Assembly: GCA_051453625.1 (NCBI GenBank)
Contig: JBOZIK010000001.1
Span: 29,330,956-29,376,035, forward strand
Direction of reading: 5' to 3'
Origin: Welwitschia mirabilis
Taxonomy: Eukaryota
DNA: 45,080 nt
The position numbers and the translations under genes are program-made. Each line of letters starts with the position of its first letter. Positions within the stretch are counted from its first letter, which is position 1. The notes beneath the pieces are model-generated. The model had not been told where the DNA came from. It was given only the letters and a program-made list of their open reading frames with translations, and searched no databases. Shown here piece by piece: positions 25,486 to 39,400 of this stretch.

Positions 25486-26702
25486 TGTTAGGGTTTTATG
25501 TTACCAATTGATGTCAAACTAATATGATCTTTATAGAATAAAAAGTGATTTTATAGTTGCAATAAGTTAAAGGATTCATAACCAAATGATAGTCAAGATT
25601 TGGACATGTTCTAATGGAAGTAATTTGATTTTTTATCTAAGGACTTAAACTCAGGATTGACTAATCCTAGAAATACACATTTTGAGCTACTTCGTATGGG
25701 ATCTACTAGATCTTTATGGAGTTAACCAAACCTATAAATGTAGTTTTTGAGCTTCTTCATATGCACTATTTCATATGGGGTTGACTAGAATCATGTGGGG
25801 TCAGTTGCTCCTAGACAAAGATGGTCGACTAGATTTTAGATGGGGTAACCAAATTAAGTAATGTGAGTTATTAGGGTTAATTGAATAAGAAAGGGATCAA
25901 CTAGATCAAGTGAAATGAGTTACTTAGGTAGATCAAATGTTTTAAGGGGTCGACTGGTCAGAGCAGAAGTAAAACTTTTCAAGCAATTTTCTAATCATTA
26001 TCTTACTAAATCTATCTATTGTAAATGTCAGATTTATTCTTAACTATGTAACAGCTATATTTTGAGGAAAATCTATATAAAAAGATTACACTCAAAAACC
26101 TAAAACAAAATCAAACTAATTTTAGAAAAGGAAGTTACACTCTTAATATAAATAGCTTATCTTTATAACATTATTCTTGTCTCTCTAAGTGCCTAAATTT
26201 GTATTAAATATGAGTAATAAGGCTCCATTATTAGTACTCACATTTGAGGAACCTAAGGTATGAAGGCTCTCTTACTTATCCTTGAGCAATTTATGAAGGT
26301 TAAGACTTAGCCTATAAAAGTTAATTTTATGAATATTGAGACTTAGCCTATAAAAGTCTATTTTATTAAGGTTGAAACTTATCCTGCAAAAGTCCATTTT
26401 ATGAAGATTGAGATGTAGCATACAAAAGTCCATTTTACAAATGTTGAAGGTTGACCTTAAAAACCTGGTGAATAGTGAAGTAACAAATATCTAAAATAGT
26501 TTTCATTATTGACTGTCTTCTGAGAGTGTAGTAGGGTCTATCTTAAATCACTATAAATCTTATCTTATGCATTATTTTAATTCTTCTTTTTTAATTTATT
26601 TTGTTATATCTTTTTATATCATATTTGCTTTCTTAGTAGTAATAGTTGTGTAAATTTTTTAAAAATCCTATTCATCCCCCATATATGGTTTTAGATCCTA
26701 TA
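25486..26702 (+). repeat. Element B 3' LTR
   Basis: Preceded by a PPT and upstream purine tracts (25119, 25200). TGTTAGG...ATCCTATA. Carries a 36-bp array of ~4.5 units at 26290-26450. Confidence 0.88.
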
Positions 26703-27949
26703 GAAGGAACTCAAAGTAAGAGAAATGAATAGGGCCATGATAATGTACTAAGTGAAAATAAGTGACACTCAAAAAAATCCTTAAATATGCTCACTCTTGG
26801 TAATCAAGTAGTAAGCTAAGCAAATAAATGAAAATATAAAGTATCATAGTCATCTATCAAAAAGTGCTAAAAGAAGGATAACCCTTATGGAGAAAAACCT
26901 GGAGTGAAATGAAAAAGATTACAAGAAACTACTGAATAATAAGTCCTAAACATTATACTAAAAATTATGGAAATAATTTTAAAATACTAAATAAAAAAAA
27001 TAAGGGAAATTAAAAAAAAATAGACAACTAGAGACATGACAAAAATTGGTTATCTATTCTAAATTCTAAATAAACAAAATCCCTTGGTAAAAGTCATAAA
27101 ATTACCTAATTAATAATGCATGACATGATGTAAAAATACATAAAGTACCACTCAAAATAGGCAATGATTATGATAATTCTAAGAAAATCTAATTTGCATA
27201 ATTAATGAACGACAAGATCAAAAGCTACTTAAACAATTCCCTTACCTACTCACACTACAAAAAGTACAACAAAATTTAAAAAAGTAAAATGGTCATGTGG
27301 AAGTACTATATGCATTATAAATCTAGAAAATAAGTAGTACCTCCAACAACACTAGAGACATCATTGATCCTATAGTCTCCAAATTATTTCTATGATAATA
27401 AGAGTGCAACCACTATCAGAGAAGTAAGAACCCATGACGCATGGCCAATTGAACTCTAAATGGAGTCCTCACAACTACCATATCACACTGCTAAAGGCCC
27501 CTCTGAGGAAAATTTTCCCTCATGTACTTGTAGTAGGACATCATGATTTATTTTAAATAAAAGAAAAAACTCTTGCTCTTGTTTTGTTTTTTAAAGTAAA
27601 ATAACCTACATGATTAAGTATTCATAATAATAAGAGTAAATTAATAAGATAAGAAACATGTGAAAACACACCCAAATAATTAAAGACTCATGTCATTAAG
27701 AGAGAACATAAGAACCAAGGCATTTTCCTTCATAATAAAGTTTATAGTTATATGAACGTCCTAAGATTAGATGAATCCAATATTATCACTTTAGAATGAA
27801 TAAGTAAAAGATTACTACTCATGTTAACTTCATAAAGTAATATGTAAGTCAAGCTAAAGATGTTCAAGTGATAACAAGGCATCTATCTAAGGAATAGACT
27901 AAGAAAGAATTGAAAAAATGGTAGGAGGAAACTCCTCCTCATCAATGAG

Positions 27950-30900
27950 GCTTCTAAGACAAGTGCTTCTATCATGTTTAAGTTTTGATCAATAGATGAT
28001 TCATAGATCTTCAACCTTTATCCATTAACTTTCTAGATTTTTTTAGTATTTGGATTAGAGATTTCAACTAAACTATTAAGATGTACTTTTCTATAAGATA
28101 AGAACCTCACCATTTAGAGGTTAACTTGTTGCATCAAATATGCACTTAAGCATTGTATAAAAGGACTAGTTAACCTAGTTTAAAGTGCTTATGGATTATC
28201 TTTTTGTCATGTTTAAACTTAGCTTGGACTTTATGAATGATTTGATGATATATAGCCTGAGTACATTTTTTATCTAAATGATCAAGTTATCCTAATTGAT
28301 TCTTAATATTTTTGTCTAAATTTTCAAGGATAATTTGATGAGTGAATTGATAAAAGTTATAGAAAATATTACTAGCAAGACACAAACATTTTCATAGATA
28401 AGTTCATAAGGTGAAAAAAAAAAGAGAGTTTTGCTAAGTAGTATGATATTTTTAAAGAACAACATTAAGTTTAGAAGTCCAAGTTTTCTTATTAACAAAG
28501 ACTAGTTTTTAGAGCATATTATTAATTTTCCTATTAGTGTCTTCAGATTGGCCATTAGTTTGTGGATGATAAGCACATGCAATTCTATGTTTAATTCCAA
28601 TGGATAAAGTAAGTTTTTAAAAATGATAATTAATAAAATGAGTTATTTAACCACTAATGATGATTTTAGGGAAATAAAAACATTGACAGTATGAGTTTAG
28701 ACAAGCTTACACATAATTGGAGCATTATTTTTACAATAAGAATGGCTTCAATACACTTGGTAACAAAATCAATAGCTACTGGGATGTAGTTTTTATTATG
28801 AGAATGTGGTTTAATAGGACCTATGTAGTCAATCCTCTAAAAGTTAAGTTTAAAGGGTATATCTTAAGATTGACTTATATTATCATAATGTTGACAAGAA
28901 TTACTCCTTCTAGAAAAGTTAAAGGAATCCTTGAAAAGGGTATGCCAATAGAAACTAGAGTAAAGAATTTCCCATGTATTCTTTTGGATACTAAAGTGAC
29001 CATACATGCTCCATCATGGTAAAAGTTAAGAATATCTAGCTTTTTCCATTTAGGCACACATGCATACATAATTTTATCTTTACATTTATAGTAAAAATGG
29101 GGTTCATTCCTTTCATAATCACCAATCCTATGAAAAATGATTTTTATTGATTATGATTCTAATGCTGAAGTGTTTTCATGGTTATAAGGTAATTCATAAT
29201 GTTAGCATACCAAGGGATAGGATGAGTATAGGAGATGACATAGAGTTGTTTAACATCAAATAATTACTCATTTATAAAGGAATCATTTATTTGAAGTTTA
29301 TCAAAAAAACAAGAGAGTCGAGACAAGTGATCTACAACACTACTATGTTTTCCATCCTTATCGATGATGGTAAGATTAAATTCTTGCATGATAAGGATGC
29401 ATTTAATAAGTTTGACACTAGAATATTTATTGATCATAAAGTAATATATGGCACATGGTCCATGTAAACATTGGTATGGAAGCCAATAAAACAGTGTCTA
29501 TGGTGATCAAGATAAAAGATAATGATAAGAATTTCTTTTTTAGTGGTAGTGTAGTTGGATTGAACCTTAGACAAAGTTTTACTAAGATAATATATGGCTT
29601 TAAGATCATTTTCACATTTTTAAGTAATAACCTAACATATAATAATGTTAATCTTTAATCTAATTAAGATCCATTACTATAGGTTTAGAAGAAATTCTAT
29701 CCTTAAGTGTTTCAATAGTAAGTTGACATAAGTTATGTCAAACAAATTTAACTTCTTTTTCAAGTAATGAGTAAAGGGGTTTGCAAACCTTGAAATAATA
29801 TTAAACAAAATAGTAATAGAAATTAGTATAACCAAGGAAAGATCTAATTCATTTTATATTAGTTGGAGGGTTAAGATTTTTAATGATACTAGATTTAATA
29901 GGATCCATCCTAATTTTCTCATTTGAAATGTGGTACTGTAAAATAATCCTTGTTAATAAATAAGAAAATATTTTTCCAACTTAAATGTAGGCACTTTATA
30001 TACATCTATCTAAGACTCTCTCTAGTTTAAAAGTTTCATAAAATATTGAGAAATCATCCATATAGATTTTAATAGATTTCTCTATCATGCCAGAAAATAT
30101 ACCCATCATTTCTTATTAAAAATTTCTAGAGGTATTATAAAGTCCAAAAGACATTCTTCTAAAGGCAAATGTTTTAGAGGGATAAATGAAGGTTATTTTT
30201 GCTTGGTCCTCACTAGCTATGCAAACTTGATTGTAATCACTATACCCATCAAGAAAATAGTAGTAGAAATATCCTTATCTTCTATCAATTACTTAGTCAA
30301 GAAATGGTAAAGGATAATTATCCTTCTTAGTAACCTTATTAAGTTTTTTAAATTCGATGCACATTCTCCATTTTTAACCCTTTTTAGAAACTACCATTAA
30401 GGGGCTAATCCATCACTATGATATATATAATAGATAATCCTAACATCCATATAATTAATAAGTTCATCTTTGATCACCTTGTTAAGGGTTGGATTAAGCT
30501 TTCATTAGGGTTTCCTAATAAGTTTAGCATTATCTTCAAGGTATATTTTATGTTAAACTATAAAAGGGGGAATGAAAATTAAATTCTTATAAATCTAAGC
30601 AAATAAATTTTCTTAGAAGTTAAAAGTAAAAATAATTTAAATTCTTATTAATGGATGAGGAGTTCACTTATTACCAAAGGTTTCTTTAGATTTTTGAATA
30701 NNNNNNNNNNNNNNNNNNNNNNNNNNNGATGACACCCTCAAAAAGGTTTTCTGTTGAGTTCACATATTGAACTTCTTCTTAGTTTAATTTCTCATCCTAT
30801 CCTCATGATCAAGATAGTGTATTTCAATTGGGTCATCATATAAGGTTGATTCATGTAGCATTATCAATACCTCCTCAATTTAGTAATGTTATAAAAATAA

Positions 30901-33714
30901 AGTTGGTTTAAGTTCTTCTTCTAATCTCCAATCATTTCCTAATGGTGAACTTCTTNNNNNNNNNNNNNNNNNNNNNNNNNNNNNNNNNNNNNNNNNNNNN
31001 NNNNNNNNNNNNNNNNNNNNNNNNNNNNNNNNNNNNNNNNNNNNNNNNNNNNNNNNNNNNNNNNNNNNNNNNNNNNNNNNNNNNNNNNNNNNNNNNNNNN
31101 NNNNNNNNNNNNNNNNNNNNNNNNNNNNNNNNNNNNNNNNNNNNNNNNNNNNNNNNNNNNNNNNNNNNNNNNNNNNNNNNNNNNNNNNNNNNNNNNNNNN
31201 NNNNNNNNNNNNNNNNNNNNNNNNNNNNNNNNNNNNNNNNNNNNNNNNNNNNNNNNNNNNNNNNNNNNNNNNNNNNNNNNNNNNNNNNNNNNNNNNNNNN
31301 NNNNNNNNNNNNNNNNNNNNNNNNNNNNNNNNNNNNNNNNNNNNNNNNNNNNNNNNNNNNNNNNNNNNNNNTTAAGTTCTTCTTCTAATCTCCAATCATT
31401 TCCTAATGTTGAACTTCTTATTACCTATATGATATTCCATCATTCTGATTCGAGTGTTGATGATATAATGGGAAGTTGCATAAAAGACTTTTTTTAAGAT
31501 TATTGAATAATCTCCATCATCTTATACTTTAATAATAACCACTGCTCTGGGGCAGAAGGCTTCTTTTATTTGGATAATTAAGCCTTTGATAATCCCCAAG
31601 GATTTCTTGATTCATGTAGATTCCACTCTATTCAAGTCATTTACATATGTGAAAAGGCATGATATTTACACTTGTTCTTATCTTAATTAAGGTTTTTTTT
31701 TTCCTTCTCTTATTTCTCTTTAAAGTAATACTCACTGCTGCAACTACAAGGTCTTTGAATTTAGGACATTTTATCATAACTAAGTTGGAGTTAGATTGAG
31801 AAAGAAAGACCTTGCTAGGAATGGTACAAAATTATTTTCTTCTAACTAAGTCTTTTACAACTTAGCATAATTATATTTTCTTATAAGAGTTTCCAAAAAG
31901 ATAAGTTAATTTTTATCTCTTACATTAAGGCTTTGAAGTATTCATCATAGGTAGGATTCATGTTTAACCTATTAAGCCAAGGGGTAGATGATTTCTTTCC
32001 TTTGTTTTCTTGTGGATAATTTTTCATGGTATGCTTATAATTTAAAATTAAAGGTAAGTTATATGTGTCCAAAATTTTTACATAATCTTCTTTCTTATTT
32101 TTTTTCATTATTTTTAGAAGTTTAAGCCTTATGGTAAGAGGTATTGTATCATTTTTACTTCTAGTTACTACTTTCAAATCTTTCTTTCTTCATTTGGGTT
32201 AGGTAAAGGTTGAGATGCAAGAAAATATTATAGTTATTAATTTATTAAAATTATTTGTTAAAGTACATTTAATAAGTTTTAAATATTATTATTGGTCTTT
32301 TCTTACATCTTTTTGGATTCTTATATTGAATATCTAAGTGGATCATTTTAATTTAGTTAAAGTTTTAAGGTACTAGGTTAAAAATTGGAGTTATGTGGTT
32401 GAAAGTTTGAATTCCTAAATCTATTCTTAAAAGGTTTCCTATTTGATTATCTACTTAATCTTTGTTGAAATTATGGTTATCTTTTAAAGTTGGAAGGCCT
32501 TTGATTAAATGCATACACTTTTTCAAACATTCTTTCTTTACAAGTTGATAACAATGGGTATTATTTAGTTAGATAAAAGTTTTCTTCACATATATCACAT
32601 GTTGAAGTTATGTTTTTCTCTTTTACTAACTTGCATTAACTATCATTTGAGTGTACTTATCAAAAGTAGTAGTGAAATCATTAATCCTATTGGTTGAATT
32701 ACCTTTTTCTTCTTACTTATTATATTTTACTTTTATTAAGTCTTTTATAATTTGGCATGGGTTTAATTTTTTTTCAATGTTGGTTTTGGCCAAGTTGGAC
32801 TTATTTCAACTAAATCTTCCAATAACTTTCATGCATTATATAAGGTCAAGTTTATTAAGTTACCATCACAATAAAAGTTTACAAGTTGTTTAGTTTGACT
32901 AGTCAGTCTACTATAAAAATAATCTATCAACTCTTACTTATGAAATTCATCAATAAGATTAGAATGAATAGATATGATAAATCACTCATACATTATAGAA
33001 TAATATTATTGAGGTTATTGTGGAAAGTTGATAACTTTCTTCCTTCTTTTTCTTATAATACTTTCACTCAAAAATCTTTTAATTAAAGTTTCTTACACTT
33101 AACTCTATGATTTAAGACTCTTATATAGAATGGTTCTAAGCCATACTATTTCTTTTCTTCTAATTATTATAGGAAAGATAACCATATAAGTATAATCACT
33201 AATATTTTTATTTCCATTTTTTGAGGTAAGATAGGTTATTTAATGTTGACTAGATGTTGAAAAGGATCCTCTTTAGGTTCCCTAAAAAATATTGAATATA
33301 AACTTGAGTTTCTTAAATCTACATCATCACTAGAAAGTAAATCAAAGGAATTTTGGATTTCACATTTTTTATTAGTAATTAAATATCTAATCATAGCATT
33401 TGCATTCTAAGTAGAAGTTCCTATCATGATCAGTATACTAGACAAAATAACTTGTTTTTGTTTTTGTATTGACTTTAGCATAGATGAAAAATGAATAACA
33501 TAGTCTACTTCTATGCTATTATTTTTACATTTTTTAAAAAACTTAACTCTAAAATAATACAAGAAAAAAATGATTCTTCTTTAATTCTTAGAGTTTGTGT
33601 ACCTAGGAAATGTGTACTTGGATTTTACTTGAAGTCAAATAATCCCTCTCTAATTTTTTCACTAATCAAATTCTACACTCTTTGATATTTCATCCTTTTA
33701 CCAGAATTCACCAT
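27950..33714 (-). pseudogene. gag-pol of Athila-1 (decayed); ends approximate
   Basis: gag FREPKEDPFQHL (~33270), protease-like TSVNIMP (~31665), RT WRMCIEFKKLNKVTKKDNYPLPF...FLDGYSDYNQV...AFRRMSFGL...YMDDFS (30050-30370), and integrase end KVNG*RLKIY (~28020), typical of Athila. Confidence 0.9.
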
Positions 33715-34143
33715 GTCCCTATATATTCAATTCAAAAAAACAAGGTTTATCATTTTATCCATCATCTAGATGATATAATAGATGACCAAGAAATACATAT
33801 TCTAGAAAATTAAAAACAAAATTATGGAAAAGGGAAAAAAACTAAAGTGATACTACTAATAGTCATCTGCCTAGTCATTTAGACGATAAATGGGATGTTG
33901 TACTCTTTATTATGCTATCAAAAATAGAAAACTATATTTTCAAAATCAAAAGAAAGATGTAAAATGAAAATCATTGTTTACCTGATTATTAGAACAACAA
34001 ATAGGATACTAAAATAAAAAATTGTAGAAAAATAAATCTATATGAACTAGAATATAAATAAAATACTATTTCAAATAAGTAATGTAAACCAAAATATAAG
34101 ATACTTATTTAGATAGTGACAATCCTCTAGCTTCTTGTGGTCT

Positions 34144-34161
34144 TCTCTGGTAACAGTGTCA
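34144..34161 (-). promoter_or_regulatory. PBS (tRNA-Asp type) of Athila-1
   Basis: Minus strand TGACACTGTTACCAGAGA versus TGGCGCCGTTGCCGGGGA; all 6 differences are G>A or C>T. Confidence 0.75.
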
Positions 34162-34164
34162 AAA

Positions 34165-35231
34165 CATTATGATGTGAATTTGTATAATCTTCAAGTTCTT
34201 AAGTAGATTCTATAAATCATAAATACTTGTAGAAAAATACACATTAGTATAGATGGAAGTTAACCCAAATGTCATGCTCCATTAAAGGCACAAAGCTAAA
34301 AGTTACAAAATCGATTCCAACAAAGTAATTTTTTAGACTTTTTCCTTTAAGTAAATGAAAATAAGAAATAATGCAAATGTAATGAAAGATGGATGATGAT
34401 GAAATGCTTATAGATAAAATGAAAATGCAATGAACCTAAGTAATGAATCACTTTAACTACTAATCTTTTTGTCATAAGGATCAATACTTAGATTAATTAG
34501 GAAGAGCTATCACTTCCTAATTAATATAAGCTATAAGATAAATTAAAAAGAATGTACAATGATGGAAATACAATATTAAATAAATGTAATGCAATATCTA
34601 AATTAATAATATCAACCTTAAAAAATGTTACTCTTATGATTTAGATAAACTATGAAGTTATCATGAACTCATAGTTAACTTAAATCATAAGGGAGGTTCA
34701 CACAATAGAAGTAAAAAAATGTTTATATTAATTTTAAATTAACATTTACTTAAAAACAAAGTAGCAACACCTAAATGAAGGATACTTAGGACCACACCAA
34801 GAAAGAATTCTCTCTATAGATATGGATAGATCTCTTACCCTTTAATCTTTCATCATAATACTTTTTAATACAAAAGATAAAATCAAAAGTGAAGGAAAGG
34901 GGGTATTTATAACTTTACATTAAATATTCTAAAAGTGAAACCCTAGAAGTTAGAGAAAAATCCTAGCAACCCACATAGGGCATGTAACTCTATTACAAAG
35001 ATAATTCATTTCAAGATGTCCTATAATAAGAGATGAATCATTAGCTTCTAGCCCTATAGTTATTCCACTAGATTTAGTGCAAGTAAGCATCCTTGATGAC
35101 CTGGATGTCATTCAAGCGAATAGGGGATCATACACTTCTTAAAACTTCTAGCCGATAGACATTAGCCTTCTACATCATTTTCTTCTTCTTTAAGTAATAA
35201 GTGTCAAAATTTATTTGAAGTAACTTTAAAG
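34165..35231 (-). repeat. Athila-1 5' LTR, major part (continues at 42813-42953)
   Basis: Collinear with 7444-8571. Interrupted at the site equivalent to gtacctc|caaat|atgcttagaat. Confidence 0.88.
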
Positions 35232-36375
35232 TATAAGTAGAATATTTCAATTATGCTAACAATCATAAGAGTCAAGTGATAAACTAGTAATCACTCATTA
35301 TAGTTGCATTAAGAAGATAACTTTTGCATGAATATGTCCCCACTCAAAATAGGATAGACGTCCCTTCTTATTATGGAAAAAATGTATTTATGATGAGTCT
35401 TAATCCTAGCTATCCCTAATTAAATAGGGTGTACATCCCCTCTTCTTATAAGAAACATGACTTTCAACTCTTTGGGTAAATGTCACAAATTCAAATAACC
35501 TAGACGTCCCTCCTATATTCTATTTTTTCCTTAGTCTACACCTATGATAGGTGTAGATGTTTGGTCCTTTTTAGGGAATATGTCCCTCCACTCTCAGTAG
35601 TACAAATATTTATACTACTTTAAGGGTGAACATATGCCCCCTAAGAATGAGAACATCCCTAGTTTTAAAGGTAGATATCTCCTCTTTGAACCATTGGAAA
35701 AATAATTAGCTATAAGCAAACACATGATGGTTTTAATGTATCTTCTAGGATGTCATTCAATTATATTGAAAACATAAATTTGATTGAAACATCATATTAT
35801 CATGTCTTGGAATCATCCTTTAGGGTTTCCCTCTAATAGCTATTTTTCCCTTCTCTTTAAAAGGGTTAAAATTTGCTTTGTTAGGGTTACATACATATAC
35901 AATTCTGTGAAGTAAACTCAAACCAATATTTGGTAATTTCTTTGTAATTTGTGATTTCGTATTGTATTATCATTTGGATTAGATCCTACACTGTTTCATC
36001 TGTGCTTAACGCATAATTCGATTTTCACTCTTTTTCTTGTGGTTGAGTCTGAGCCTTTGAAAGACTCTAATTGTGAAAGGTTGATGATAAGCCTAGAAAA
36101 TAATCATTATTGTATAAGGAATTGATGATCAACTAGAAAATCATTAGTTCAAAAATAATAAGAAAACCAAAAAAATGACATCATTCTATCTCCTTGATGA
36201 GTGAAGTTGGCACATTGCTGAAGCACTATAAATCTTGTGAACTGATTATTTTTCTATTTTGGAATTTTTATAGATATATTTTTCATTTGGAAAGATAATT
36301 AATTTCTTTAAAGAATAAATTTATTTTTGGTTTAATATTTATTACTATTACTATTCACTCCCTCTAGAAATTTCA
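35232..36375 (+). repeat. Element C 5' LTR
   Basis: tataagtag...ctattcactccctctagaaatttca. Repeated (a/g)gacgtcc-type palindromic motifs at 35330-35685. Confidence 0.9.
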
Positions 36376-36430
36376 ATTGATATGGGAGAAGGATTACTCT
36401 TGATAGAGCTTCATCACTCTAAGTGATTAA

Positions 36431-39400
36431 ATGGGAGCTATCACTGATGAAGACCATTAGATCTCAAGGCCACCTTATTTTAATGGATTAAGCTATTTCT
36501 TTTAAAAAAATAAAAATAATAATATTTTTAAAATCTCTTGATTTAAATACCTAGGATAGTATTGCATGCAGTTATTCCAAATCAACTATTACTTTGACAT
36601 GTTAGTCTAATGAATAGAAGGAAGAAGCTAGGCTCAATGCAAAAAAGTGATGAATGCTCTAATTTATTCCCTTAGTCCAAAGGAGTATAGCTGAATAGTT
36701 CAGTGTTCCTCTGCAAAGGAAATCTAGAATACCATCAATATCACTGATGAATGTGTGAGTATTATAAAAAATTCTATATTACAATTCTTAATAACTTAAT
36801 TTTAAAATATTAAAATGGAAGAACAAGAATCTATCACTGAATATACAACCAAGGTCATGAATATTATAAATACAATGTAGGATATTAGAGAAAAGATTCC
36901 AAAGCAAAGAGTTGTGAGAAAAATCTTAAGAAGCTTTTCCAAGCACTTCAGACCTTAGATTAGTGAAATTGAAGAGAGAAAAAAATTCAGACACCATGAA
37001 TCTAGAGGAGCTTAAGGGATCATTGATTACATATGAAGCTATTACTATAGATGATGAGGAATCCAAAATAAATAATATTACCTTAAAATGTTCAAGTCAA
37101 TGAAAAGAAGATTCGAGCAATGAAGAAGATGATGAGGACTTAGCCCTTCTAGCTAGAAAATTAAAAGGATCTCTAAGAAAATAAAAAGGCTCTAGTACAA
37201 TAAGATTTAATGCAAATGAGGATAAAATGGAAAAGAAATTCCTTTAAAAAATTTGGTAGAAACAAGAAACCCCTACAATGCTTTGAGTGCAAGGGCTTTG
37301 GATACACAGTAGTTGAATGTGTTAATACAAGAAAAGCTAAAATCAAAGGAAATAAAGCTCTCAAAGTCACTTGGAATGATAAGGAATAATCTAGATTAGA
37401 GGCATCTCAAAATGAATAAGATGAATGTGGAATTCTAGCTATCACCAAGAAAAATGCCTTCATATCAACTACCAAGGATAAGCATGTAATCTCTAACGAG
37501 AATAAAGTAAGTACTAAGAAATTTGAAAATATTAAAGAAGATTATGAATAATTATATTTTCATTGTGAAGTTATAGCTTATTAAATAGATATTTAAGGTC
37601 TAAATTATTCTCTTTACAAAATAAACTTAACCTATCCAATAAAGAGTTGGATAAGGCTATTAAAAGTCTTGCAAGTGCAAATAAGAATATTTCACTATTA
37701 ACAAGGGATTTAGAGATTATAAGAAAACTTAATTCTACTACCTCATACTACTTGAACAACATTTAAAGTCTAATAACTTAAATTTTTTAATATTTAATTT
37801 TTCTATTATAGAGGCCTAGGACATGTTAGATTTTTGTTGTCCATTAGAAAGGGAAATTTTTTTTGTTATGAAAGTGATAAGCACTTATGGAAATTAAAAC
37901 AATGAGAAATCATCCTTTCATCAAATAAATAAGGATTAGAAGGAACTTAGTCAAAGGGCTATTCATTCAAACCACTCTTAAAGTAAAGAAGCATCCTAAA
38001 TGATTCTTAAACAATAGTTGTTCAAGACACATGATAGGTAATAGAAGAAGATTTTACACACTTGTTAACTATGATGGAGAAGAGGTTTTATTTGGTGAAA
38101 ATTAGAAAGCAGCCACCAAGGTAAAAGGTATGATTTATAAATATGATCTTCTAAAAATTGATGATGTTTTGTATGTAGAATACCTTAAGCATGATATTTT
38201 AAGTATTACTCAAATTTGCGATAAAGGAAATATAGTTATTTTTGATAAAAATAAGTGTGTCGTAAAGAGTATTTCTAATAATAAGGAACTTTAGTCGTCC
38301 ATCATCTAGAAAAGTTGTATTCTATAGAAGGCAAATTTAATGATGAAGAGTTGTATGGTTTTACTTGAGAAAGTCAAGAACATCTTTAGCATAGAAGAAT
38401 GGGTCATTCAAATGTTGAAAACTTAAGCACCATTTCTCAACAAGATTTGGTTAGTTATTTACCCAAACTTAGCTTTTGCAATCCTGTCTTGTGTGAACAT
38501 TGTCAAGAAGGTAAAATCATGAAATATTCTTTTAAATCTAATTTTAAGATATCTTTGAAAGAGTCTCTAGATATGTTGCACTTATATTTAATAGGTCCTA
38601 TAAAAGTTTAAAGTGTAAGTGGTAAGAGATATTTTGTGATGATGGTTGATTATTTTACTCATTATACCTAAGTTGAGTTTTTACATTCTAAATCTAATGC
38701 TTTTGTAAGTTTTATCATTTTTATAGAAAAATTCAAAATGAAAAGGGCTTCACCATTAAAAAAACCAGGTTTGATCATGGAGGTGAATTTGGAAATGAAA
38801 ATTTTATTAATTTTCATGATAACTATGGAATATTTCATTGGTTTTTAACTCATAGAATGCCTCAGCAAAATGGGTGGTAAAAAGGAAGAAAAGGATCTTA
38901 ATAGAAATGGTAAAGATAATGCTAGGAAAACATAATCTTACAAGATGGTTTTGGCTGAGGCTATAAATACTGCTTGCTACATATCTAATAGGATCTTTCT
39001 AAGGGTTAGTATTCAAAGCACCTCTTATGAACTATGGAATGGTAATAAGACATTGGTAAAGTATTTCAAGGTCTTTGGTATTAAATGTATTATTTTAAAT
39101 GATAAACATTTAGGTAAATTTCATCCTAAAGGTATGCATGGTATTTTTATCGAAAAGAAAAAACTATAGAGTTTTTAATTATGATACAAATAAAACTAAA
39201 TAATCTATTCATGTTAAAATTTTAGAGTCTGATAATGATAGTAAGAATAATAGAGATGATGAAGATGAGTCCATTTTCTTAACAATAATGCTCAAGGTAA
39301 TCAACAAAGTATTATAAACAAAGCTGATGAGGAAGATATTGATGATACTTTTGAACTACTTTTAGATGAAAATGTTCTTCTCTTCTCCTCAGAATAAAAA

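Larger units (their letters stand above)
9786..26702 (+). mobile_element. SIRE-type LTR element B, coding-less (non-autonomous or deletion derivative)
   Basis: LTRs 9786-10958 and 25486-26702. A degenerate PBS (tttggttatttaaa) follows the 5' LTR and a PPT (aaaggggaagat) precedes the 3' LTR. Candidate TSD TAAGA/GAAGG (3/5). Its own internal region is only 10959-11162 + 24748-25485. Confidence 0.72.
341..31371. other. Assembly gaps: 341-440, 1324-2284, 7309-7408, 15513-15612, 15886-16084, 19843-19942, 21605-22130, 30701-30727, 30956-31371
   Basis: N runs. The four runs of exactly 100 N are probably placeholders of unknown size. Confidence 0.97.

Noticed and set aside
26290..26450. 36-bp repeats resembling a CRISPR array
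   Set aside because: They are head-to-tail units with no unique spacers, lie inside an LTR, have no cas genes nearby, and the context is eukaryotic.
26703..27950. env-like ORF in Athila-1
   Set aside because: No coding-like stretch or motif was recognised in 26703-27950 or 8709-9785; treated as 3' non-coding region.
28316..33685. Short ORFs antisense or out of frame within Athila-1 pol
   Set aside because: They are low-complexity by-products of AT-rich decayed coding DNA, with no recognisable domains.
38399..39169. ORFs 38399-38611 and 38945-39169 as stand-alone genes
   Set aside because: They are fragments of the disrupted copia integrase region of element C.
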